DNA of 64,000 nucleotides from contig CP075494.1 of assembly GCA_021613535.1 (NCBI GenBank), forward strand, positions 930,001 to 994,000. Direction: 5' to 3'. Below, one piece after another: positions 14,301-24,500 of this stretch. The translations under genes were made by a program, and so were the position numbers. Below the pieces are notes generated by a model. The model had not been told where the DNA came from, did not search any database, and saw only the letters and a list, made by a program, of their open reading frames with translations. The stretch is from Adineta vaga. Taxonomy: Eukaryota > Animalia > Rotifera. Position 1 is the stretch's first letter; each line of letters starts with the position of its first letter.

Positions 14301-16470
14301 TCAGCGGTATCAATGGTCGATTTATTATTGTTTATTATTTGTCGATGCAAAGATTTAACTTTATTAAAAATATTTTCTTCAGATTTTTCTAAAACTTGTT
14401 GAATATAATTTCTCAATAGATGAATATGGGTGAATCCATAAGAAGCCATCCAGTTTTTGGAAAATTTAATTTTCGAATAAAATCATTGAAGAAATCTTTT
14501 TTTCACGATTTTTTTAGCGCTTCAGGCTGATCCTCGATGAAAAATAGCTAAGGAGTCATTTTCAGCTTTCTTATAAGCGGAAAGCACCAACATATAGAAT
14601 ATTCTTTCGGAACATACGTCTTTTTCGGTCAATTACTGTGAAAAAAAATTGATAAAATGACATGAAAACTAGTCAAATGTTCCGAGAAAATGCCCGAAAA
14701 CTCGGAATTTTTGGGTAAGAGTACTTCATTTTTTTAACCGAAAGTGTTTTCTAGTCGAGATCAGTCTTGTGAACAAAAAAAATCGAAAAAAAAAGACCTT
14801 TCCAAAAAAGTGGATGGGTCCTCATGGATTCACCCATATGTTTTTTAAATGATATAAGATGATAATAAAACATTCGAAAATCATCTGTATCTTTCAATGA
14901 AATTTCATCTTTTGATGTTATATCAATAAGTTGATTACATATTGTTTGAACTTTTTTTTCTAAATTCATTTCTAATTGACGAATATTAATTGTCAATGAT
15001 AACATATTTTTTAATTTCGAATCTATTGTTTCTAATATTCTCATTGATCTCATTATATTAGAAAAAAATTCGTCACGTTTTCCTTCGAATTTTGTTGTAT
15101 CATCATTATAAAGTTCAACATTTAATTTTTCATTGAAATATCTGACTAAATTCTCAATTTCACAAATCATACCTTTATATAAAATAACTTTCTTTAATTC
15201 ACTCGAAAAATTTCTTACTAAATAATGTTTTGATCGACATCCATGAATTGTTTCTATATATCCGTTCCATATCTTAGTCAAAATAACTATTTCATATATG
15301 TTAAAAATATTCATTTCTTTATAAGCAGTTTGAAAGTTTTCAGAATTAGCCAATAAATATTGATATATTTTTTGAAATTCTTTTTCAGTATCACGTAAAA
15401 TATCTTTCGAAAATGATGTATCTAATGTTGGAGATAAATCAAGATAAATAACAATATTATTAAATGCTTTTTCAACTATATCTATATGTTCAATTGATGA
15501 TAAAACAGCTAATATTTCACAAGAATTTTGAAAATTTTTTTTTATTATAATATTTGCATTACGATAAATATCTTCAACTTCTGGAATAATTTTATTCAAA
15601 TCTGTTTTATATTTGAAAATTTTCTTTATTAAATCAAGAGCAGATGGAATATCATTCTTATCTAAATAAGTTTGAATATTTATCCCATATATATAGAGCT
15701 TTTTTAAAGTTTGTTCACGTAATCTATTAATAAGTTCATCTAATTTTTCTTTTTTCAATTGTTCACCTAATGATGATAATTTTCCAATGAATTGTTCATC
15801 TTTATCAATATTATTAAGGAAAAATTCTAAAGTTCTTTCGTATGTTTCTTTTGTATTAATCATGTGTTGTAACACTTCATTAATTTTTCCGTTTAATAAA
15901 TTTTGTAACTCATCTGATAAAAATTGTAATGAATTATTTAATAATTGAATTTTTATTATTCTATCAGCTAAAGGACCTGTTGATATGTTATTTAATTCTA
16001 AATTAAAACTATTTATAATAATATCTATTATCTTTGCATGAGCTTGATGATATTTTAAAGCATGATGAGAATCAGTTGTTTTTAATTTCGATAAAATATT
16101 TCGAGGTGGATCAAGAGCATAATTATGAATATTATTAAAATGATGTCGTTGAAGAATTTCATTAACAAAATTTTCTAATCGTTTAATTAATTTGTCTTCT
16201 TCGATATTTATATCTTTTGATATATAATGATCTCCTAATTCTCCATGTAAATCAATTAAAATTTCTAAATGTTCTTCAGCTTCAAGAAAATTATCCGAAT
16301 CAATTAACGTTTCAATAGATTTTATATCAGTTAAAAGAATAAAACTTAAGATTTTCTTCATATGAATATGAAAATTTTCTATTTGAATTTTAGTTTCATT
16401 GTCAAGACATTTTAAAATATTCGTTTTCTTTGGTATAAGTTGAATAATATCAATATTATTTTTGATTTTT
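11363..16470 (-). pseudogene. Large SecA-like (SF2 DEAD-type) ATPase with C-terminal vWA domain; split by a MITE and 5'-truncated
   Basis: Motifs EIGTGEGKS, IDEVD, GVTGT, GRGTDF, QIMGRGARQGDKG; vWA-like C-terminus (VILIGDTPP, VHTLYL, IAKMTGG). Removing 14428-14835 plus one TSD joins ORFs 14751-16529 and 11363-14449 in frame (FKKH|IHLLRN), about 1565 codons. Confidence 0.85.
14428..14835. mobile_element. 408-bp MITE with ~37-bp imperfect TIRs and ATAT target-site duplication (possibly Sola-type)
   Basis: Left end GGGTGAATCCATAAGAAGCCATCCAGTTTTTGGAAA; right end reverse complement GGGTGAATCCATGAGGACCCATCCACTTTTTTGGAAA; ATAT at 14424-14427 and 14836-14839. Confidence 0.92.
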
Positions 16471-16533
16471 GAGGGCGTGGGTGCGGGTGTGGGTATGGGT
16501 ATAGTCAGAAGAAACACCCACACCCACACCCTC
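16471..16533. repeat. Telomeric fold-back unit at the truncation point of the SecA-vWA gene
   Basis: GAGGGCGTGGGTGCGGGTGTGGGTATGGGT-atagtcagaagaaac-ACCCACACCCACACCCTC. The ORF track's MWVWV...PIPTPAPTP start is just this repeat. Confidence 0.95.
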
Positions 16534-16630
16534 TTACCTTCAACTACCCTGGAAGGAGGCTCTGAGCGTATGACGCGTTACCGATAGCGAAAGAGTCTGG
16601 AAAAATTGAAGTCATCGACAAATCAAGGTA

Positions 16631-19168
16631 TTAAGTTTTAACAAAGCTTTCGAATTTTCTGCATAGTGTATTAAAGTCCTCTGGCCAGTTTTGTGAATCT
16701 TGTGGATTTAACGAGTCAAAATACCTTTTAAATAAACCATTTTCGTCCGATGTGTGCAGCGAAAATGCGTTTTTCCAATATTCATCGAGAAGGATATTTT
16801 CAGATGGAACACATCCATCGTGTGTCAGCAGATGAAAGAATAACTTAGCATCTATCCATTTTGTTAATTCTTTTCGTGTTGCTAATTCACCACAGACTAT
16901 CGGTTGCTGCAACTGTCGTTCGGCTAACCATTTTTCGCGACATTTCTCTTCATCCATGGGTTTATCCGCGGCTACTTTAGATCGATGCTTTTTCGGGTTC
17001 TCCTTTTGATTAACTTGAAACCCGACGGAGAGTATAATCGCATTTCGAAAGCTACCAAAATTTTGAAGAATGTCGTCAGTCACACCAGCCTTAAGGAGAA
17101 AATCTTCGCCTGCTTGCTTTGCCAATTGTTTAGCATTTTTTCGTTCGTCTGTTTCAGTACCATGCATTTCAGATAAAGTTAGTTTTGTTAATAATACACT
17201 GAAATGATGTTCAAGTTTCTTGGCAAACCATTCACAAAACTTATCTTTGCTGTTTTCCAGTTGTGACACGCTAGTTCCGATAGTAGAAGCAACCACTGCC
17301 GACTCGCTTTTTTCAAGTCTGGAATGCATCGCAGGATTCGGTTGTAATGTCGAAGATCCAAATATTTCTATTCTTAGTGCATGAATTTCCTTTATTGAAG
17401 GCAGTTTATTGCCAAATAAGATGTCGCGAAGCAAATCTTCATTATAAAGTAGCCAATTTTCCCACTCACGAGCCGCCCAACAATGATAATAAACTTTAAC
17501 ATTGAGTGTTGTATCTTTTTGCAATTCATCGTAACTCTGTTCCTCTTCATCCACGACGCTTTTCGATCGAAGATCTGCATCAACAAGTATGAAAATATCC
17601 ATTGTAGTTTCCTTTGGTAATAATTGTCGCAGTTCAGATATTAGTGCTTTAATCTGAGATGGTGAAGTTCGTCCGTTTCGTGCCATTCTTGTAAAGGGAA
17701 AATGTAATAATTCAGGCTTAGCTCGATGTATTATTCCGTGTAAGAAAGTGTAATCATCATGGCTTTCTAAACATAAAAGTTTTGGATGTACCCCAAAACG
17801 AACAATTTCACTGTGACTTAAAATGAACGTTCCGATGTCAATCATTGCATTGAACAACTCACCGGTACAAGCCAATGATTTAATTGCGATGTGCCTTCGC
17901 CTTCTTGAATCCACGAATATCTGTCGAATGTCCTTCAGTTTAATTGCTTGCATGATATCGATTGAGTGTGTGGTAATTATCATTTGACAGAAGTGATTTG
18001 ATTCAGATAATTGTTTCATTTTACGATAAAAAAATTCGATTAACAACTTTTGCGCAGCAGGAAAAACATGAGCATCTGGTTCGTCAATTGTGATTATGGA
18101 ATTCTCTTTTACAGTACAGATTTTTATAATAATGTATAAGCATCGTAATATTCCTTCGCCGCAGTTAGTCACATCACTAAACTCTGTGACCGAATAATAT
18201 CCTGGCGACAAGTATTGTCGTATTGACACAACGAATTCATAGTTTTCCTCAAGATCTGTCGTCTCGTTATTTTCTTCTTCTGTAAAATCATTGATATCTA
18301 GTCGAAAAAAAGGAAATATACGCTTCATTTCCTTATTGATTTCTTGATAATGTTGACGAATGTTTGCATATTCATGATTCAATTCACTTAAAGAAACGTC
18401 TGCCACGCTTGTGCTATCGAACGGTACAACTACTGGAAATAAATTCTTCGGTATACAAGTATGACATTCATCGTGAAAAATTTGCTCTTCTCTTTCTTGA
18501 CAGCTGTCCTCAATCGTTTCCCATTGAATACTATGTGTATCTTTAGGCTGCACATTGACACGAATATGAATATGTTCTCGTGTTTCCGATTGTCCGGTGG
18601 ATAGTATTTCTTCAGACTTATTTTTTCCGGCCTTTCTGTAAGCTGCATTAATAGCAGCATTTATACTGTTATTCACATCAATGTAAACTGAATATCCTTT
18701 ACAAGTATCACTTACTCTTAACGACACATTTAGTGTTAAATCTGAACACGGAATAACTTGATTATCATTCTCGTAACAAACAACAAAAGTGCCTTGCAAT
18801 CGCACGTGAAAGTCTCCGTTTAGCCACTCTTCATCAATTCCAAGCTCTTTCTCTGCATACGCTATTGGGAGACACGTACTTCCGAATTTAACAGCCGCAC
18901 AAAACAGTCGCATCATTTTCAATAAAGTTGTTTTTCCTGAACTGTTTGGACCAACCAATGCTGTAACATGGTCAGCAAGGTGAAAAACATATTCACCTTG
19001 CTCCGCTGATTCGAATTGTCTATATTTAAATATATGAATTTTCTTCAGTATCATTCCAACTGGTTTCCTTATAATACCGTTCTCTAACGTCAAATGTCTT
19101 GATTGATCGATGTCTTCAGGTGAAGAATTCATCTTTGAATAATAATCAAATGTAAAGTTTAAAAACAT
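16631..19168 (-). CDS. ABC/SMC-type ATPase fused to a TOPRIM nuclease-like domain (OLD-family / PARIS-like)
   Basis: Walker A GPNSSGKTT, signature-like CGEG, Walker B ITIDEPDAH, H-loop IITTHS; then TOPRIM-like LCLESHDD, ILVDAD and REWENWLL. Single 845-codon ORF; real start may be MNSS at 19132. Confidence 0.8.
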   Translation of the reverse strand: MFLNFTFDYYSKMNSSPEDIDQSRHLTLENGIIRKPVGMILKKIHIFKYRQFESAEQGEYVFHLADHVTALVGPNSSGKTTLLKMMRLFCAAVKFGSTCLPIAYAEKELGIDEEWLNGDFHVRLQGTFVVCYENDNQVIPCSDLTLNVSLRVSDTCKGYSVYIDVNNSINAAINAAYRKAGKNKSEEILSTGQSETREHIHIRVNVQPKDTHSIQWETIEDSCQEREEQIFHDECHTCIPKNLFPVVVPFDSTSVADVSLSELNHEYANIRQHYQEINKEMKRIFPFFRLDINDFTEEENNETTDLEENYEFVVSIRQYLSPGYYSVTEFSDVTNCGEGILRCLYIIIKICTVKENSIITIDEPDAHVFPAAQKLLIEFFYRKMKQLSESNHFCQMIITTHSIDIMQAIKLKDIRQIFVDSRRRRHIAIKSLACTGELFNAMIDIGTFILSHSEIVRFGVHPKLLCLESHDDYTFLHGIIHRAKPELLHFPFTRMARNGRTSPSQIKALISELRQLLPKETTMDIFILVDADLRSKSVVDEEEQSYDELQKDTTLNVKVYYHCWAAREWENWLLYNEDLLRDILFGNKLPSIKEIHALRIEIFGSSTLQPNPAMHSRLEKSESAVVASTIGTSVSQLENSKDKFCEWFAKKLEHHFSVLLTKLTLSEMHGTETDERKNAKQLAKQAGEDFLLKAGVTDDILQNFGSFRNAIILSVGFQVNQKENPKKHRSKVAADKPMDEEKCREKWLAERQLQQPIVCGELATRKELTKWIDAKLFFHLLTHDGCVPSENILLDEYWKNAFSLHTSDENGLFKRYFDSLNPQDSQNWPEDFNTLCRKFESFVKT

Positions 19169-19667
19169 TCTTGTAGATTATATAAAAATAAAGCGTTTCG
19201 AAAGATATCTAGCCATCGTTCTATTTTTGTTAGGTTTTCAAATACACAATCGCCCAGATATCTCTTGGTCAAATCTAGGTCGCTAGATCTAGGTTTGAGT
19301 CAAAATCTGGGCTAGAGGCGCCTCTCGTGTCCTCTCAAGCGTGAGCACAAAACAAAAGATAAATCCGATCATTTTTATGCCAGAAGATAGAGAAAAGAAT
19401 TGTCTATTGATCCAATATATAGAAGAAGCCGTCCGAAAGTTTTTCCTATTGGTTTAGGCTGAAAACTGCGAAAACTTTAGATTTTTTTCACGAGACACCC
19501 ACTTTCAGTCGTGTTTTCAAACTTATAGTCCAGTCGAGGTGAATCTTATCTTTAGTCATTCGATAGAGAATTTCGAGGGCTACAACTTTTCTACTGACCA
19601 AATTCGTCTAACTCCTTGTTCTGCAACACAAAAAGTCCAAATACCCTTGATTTTCATGAAAATTGGG

Positions 19668-19993
19668 TCTGGGGTCAAACAGGGTCCTCGATCGAAACTA
19701 CTAGAATCGCCGAGTTTTCTCTGCCTACTGAAAGGTCCACCCCACCTATATACAAATCCAAAATATCAGCTCGATCGGTTAATGTATAGGTAGTAATTGG
19801 AGGTCGTTATGATTTTCCCTGTGATTTGAGCCCAAATAGGCTACGTAAATGCCAGTGCTCACCTAATCTCGCACTTGATTAACCGATCGAGCTGATATTT
19901 TGGATTTGTATATAGGTGGGGTGGACCTTTCAGTAGGCAGAGAAAACTCGGCGATTCTAGTAGTTTCGATCGAGGACCCTGTTTGACCCCAGA
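19668..19993. repeat. Perfect 116-bp inverted repeat with 94-bp spacer (fold-back/MITE interior)
   Basis: 19668-19783 is the exact reverse complement of 19878-19993. Confidence 0.95.
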
Positions 19994-20084
19994 GGGTGTG
20001 GGTGTGAGTCTGGGTGAATGGATGTGGATCTCTTCTTTCTATACCCGCAGCCACCCACACCCACACCCACTCACCCTCAAGATG
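19992..20084. repeat. Telomeric fold-back unit; inverted near-copy at 21307-21418
   Basis: GAGGGTGTGGGTGTGAGTCTGGGTGAATGGATGTGGA-tctcttctttctat-ACCCGCAGCCACCC...CCCTCAAGATG. Confidence 0.95.
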
Positions 20085-21255
20085 GTTGCACCGATTCCCA
20101 TGGACGAAACTTGATTGTAAAGACTTTTCCAAAGCACTTGAGAGGTGATAATCCCCAAAACGAGCCTCATAATAGCCGAGTAAACGCTTTTCGCCCTATA
20201 ATTTTTCTATCGTCGATACTTTTGAAGTTTTCCATATAGAAATCGATGCAGAATTCTCCGCTCTTTCAAATGAGACTATTTAAGCCTGTGCCGTTCGTAG
20301 TTCACAGAGGCTTATCCTCGAAAAACTTCACTTCGCTACCCTAAAAGAGCTTGGTAGTGCGATGGTCCGGAAACGGTCGCGAGTAAAGCAAAAGGGGTGG
20401 AGTTTGATATCGTTGGAATCTCTGTTCGATTCTACATCGGTCCACTTATTTGTTTTGGCTCTGCAGGAGTGGGCCATTTTACGACCTTGTCCGCCCCTGT
20501 CCTTTTATTCGAAACTTGAAATTTCAGTTGAATTCAACTTTGAAGTTCGAAACTAATGATGAAGCCTCGACAAAAGTTTGCATTAAGTATATTCATATCG
20601 GAAAATGTACAGTATATTTTTGCGTGTAATTAGTTTTCCAAAAGCTATAGAGTGACATAAATTTAATGTAGATGATTGTTCAAAAATAACCGTTAAGGAG
20701 GAGTTGAATTTGTTATGCATCTAGTTATCCATCGTATATCAAACTATAGGCTCACATTACGTAGGTATAGCACAGATGATTATTGTAAGTTTTCCTATAA
20801 GCCTTGTTTGAAAAGACAGTATTATAACAGAAATGAAGTGGAAATATAATCGTCCGAATGATTTTGTTAGATACCGTATACAGGTGATATCTCTTCTGCT
20901 GATATTATAGTTTTCCGATAAAACGTCTTACCTTATCACATGTTGTTGAATCACATCTAGCCATCAACTAGTTCTGCACTGAATAGAAGCAAATATAAAA
21001 TATTCTCACAGTTAACGAAGTTGTACGCGAACAATACTTCTATGAATTGGACACGAGAAACATTTGATATGATTTGGCGTTATTATATAGTTATGGTGCA
21101 GGTTGAGACTGTTTTAATCATCCAATCATATTGACTTAGCATTCGTCGTCGCCATTCTCCCAAAGAAAATATTTCTCTCTAACATGCAAAAATATACGTT
21201 ATTTTTCAAACGAGTCAGAAGCAAAAGAAGTGGTATAAAACAAACAAACATCAAC

Positions 21256-21466
21256 GGTGTAGGTGTGCTTGTGAGTACGGCTGTCGTCTTTATTCACTCA
21301 TATCCACATCTTGAGGGTGTGGGTGTGGGTGTGGGTGAGGGTGGGTGTGGGTGGCTGCGGGTATAGAAAGAAGAGCTCCACATCCATTCACCCAGACTCA
21401 CACCCACTCCCACACCCACAGCCGTACCTACACTATCACCGACACCGGCACCCACAACCACACCCT
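21256..21466. repeat. Compound telomeric fold-back array
   Basis: A degenerate hairpin, then CATCTTGAGGG, then the reverse complement of the 19992-20084 unit. Lies just past the 3' end of the receptor gene. Confidence 0.9.
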
Positions 21467-21509
21467 AAGAGTATTGTTAAATGAATAATAATTTATATCG
21501 GTAACTTCT

Positions 21510-24500
21510 TTATTTGGCTACTAGATTAAAGGGAAACATCTTTGAGAGTCGTGTTCGTTGAAATTCTTTCAGATAAGTGGTTGATGGTATTACGAAGAGA
21601 ATAAAACCAAGTACTTGTGGTGCATAAGATAAAAAATAAGTAATACATAATAAATGTCTTTGCCAAATTGACAACTCCGTACAAGAAAAAGTTGAAGAGA
21701 TTATTATTTGTGGCAGACCACTTGATATAATAATTAATGGTGTAATATAAAGTTCTTTTTGACTACGAAATTGTCGTTTGAGTACGTTTGCAAATGTTTC
21801 ATGGCTTTCATTTGCACGCGAACGACTGCGAGCGGTAAAAAAAATGATTAAAGTTATTGACGCGCTCTGAATACAGAATGGTACAAGATAATGAATAAGA
21901 ACAGTAACATAATTGTATGATGAAATTAATAAAGGATAGTTTGCTACACATGTTCCTGGACCACTTGAATCTTCTATAATCATATAAAAAAATAGTTCAT
22001 GAACATGCATACCAGCAATGATAATTGCAGTTAGTACACTGATAAAAATCGCTGAACGAATTTTTTTGGGTAAAGTTCCAAAAGGAAAAAGTACGGTATA
22101 GACTCGTTCTAAAGTTAACCAATTGATCAACCAATAAGTGTATCGAGTAGAAAGAGAAAGCATATATGAGACAATCTTACATGAGATATCATTGAATAAT
22201 GACGAGAAGAAAATTTCAATTAATTTTAGAACCAATGAAAAAAGAGACCATTGATTTGATACTGATAAAATCAGAAGATAATTTCCAACACCGAATTTAC
22301 GCGGAGCAGGTTGTCTGAACGTAACAAAACTAGCCAAGTTGGTTAGTCCACCAATGAAAGAAAGCAATAATGCAATAATCAAATAAATAATTTTTATTTC
22401 ACGAGTATCCTTTTGAATTAATGAATCTAGAGTAAAAGTTAATTGTCTTGTATTAAATTGACATAAACGACCATGATTACATTCAGGACAAATACAAACA
22501 AAATCATTCGTTAAAGATGGATTTCCTTTTACACATTGTCCACTAGCTAGACATCGAGAACATTGATCAAATGAATGATCATAACCAAAGCATTCTACTC
22601 GTTCATGAATTTCATCACAAATACACAAATATGAATCGTCTACGAAGCAAAAAAGATTAACATTTTGCTGGCAAAGATAATGATATTTTATTGGTGAGAT
22701 GTCTATAACAAAAAAATATGAATCTATCAAAACAATTTTAATATTGAAATTGATTCTTCTACCTGATATTGTTTGAAAAAGTGTTTCAACATGTACACAA
22801 TTATTTCTGTCATTCAGTTCAATTGTTTCATTAATTGATGAAACATTGGTTTGTAGAGAAATTATATAGATTTCAATTCCTGTAACAACATAAAGTTTAA
22901 CGAGAATTATTTGTGGAATGAATTCATATTCGTGTAGATAATGCAATAAATGAGGAAGATTTAAATAAGAATATTGATCAATAAGTATCAAGTTAAAAGA
23001 ATATAAATCTATGTCAAAGTATTGTACAACAGCAGCTCTGTGTTTCATGATTTTGTTAAAATAAAATCGACTTGATTGTTTCTCTAATTCACAATGTTTT
23101 CCATGGTATTGATTGTGACACAAACAGGAAAATTTATTTGGATATGATGTTCTAAAACATGTTCCATTGTTTTTACAGGGATTTGATTGACATATATTTT
23201 GTATTAATTCACATCGATGGCCAATTCGACCGAGTGGACAAATACAAAATGGACGTTCATTTCCATTCAAAAGTCCTTGATAATTTGGTTTACACAACGA
23301 GTTTGGCGCACAAAAATTTTCATTGCAGAGTTTATCTATTATTGAACAATCTTTTCCTTTGTAGTTATTCGGACAAAGACAGACATAAGTTGATATCTCA
23401 TTGATTACTTGATAACATTCTTTATGTGAACCACATGGATTACTATGACAAGGATTTTTTGTGAGATTTGATTTAGTCAATCGAAGTACTTTAGCTAAAC
23501 GAAAAGAAGGAAGAAAATCGAAATAAATTGGATATAACCAAACGGCGACTAGTCGACCTTTGTTATGTATATTGAATTCATAAACTTCAATGCGTACTGA
23601 ATAGGGTTGTCTATTAATTATATCCGATTGATTAAAATATCGATTTCGTTTACGTTCCAATGCTTGTTGCAATACAGAATAGAATAAATGATGAACATGT
23701 TTTTTATAAATATTATCAATCTCATCAATCGGTCGTACATAAAAATATCGAGTCATCAGTGGTTGATTTTCATACAAAAAAATAATCAATACATTGAGTA
23801 CTATAGCTGGATTTTGAGTTTCTGCATAGATTGATTGAGACAAATTCAAATGAAAAATTACGGTTAATCGATCGCTATGAAATTGACATTTATCACCGTA
23901 GTATTGTGGCGGACAAAAACATACAGTAGAATTATCGTACAAATAAACCCCAATACCACGATTACACCAATATGGAATGGATGAAAATATCGATTCGAAA
24001 GATGGAATTTGTGTTGTTAAACTTAGTTCAATTGAAATATTTTTATCGTTAATCGTTGTTTTATTCTTGTTAATAGGAAACTGTCGCAAGTGAACTTCTT
24101 GTTTTATTTCGTTGACAAATATCTGTTTTTTTTCGCGATAAAATCGATCTCCCGATGAAGATCGAGCATAATCTCGTGCAGCACACACATTCTCGTCCTC
24201 GCCGTAAGTACATTCAGATTTATTATTGCACCAGCCACCTTTTACACATTGGATAGGATTCATACAAATGAAATCGGAAGGCGATTCACAATCTTCAGCA
24301 AACCAATGTATTCCGCACAAACAAAACCAATGATTATAATCGAAATTATCGACAGAATATGATTTACAGAAATCACGTACACCGGCAATCTTATATATAC
24401 ATAAAAAATTGTATCCAAGCATGAAAGGAGAATCGCAATGGGTGAGGGTGTTACGCTCATCAATTGCGCCTGAACAATCAATGTGACCATCCCCAATTTG

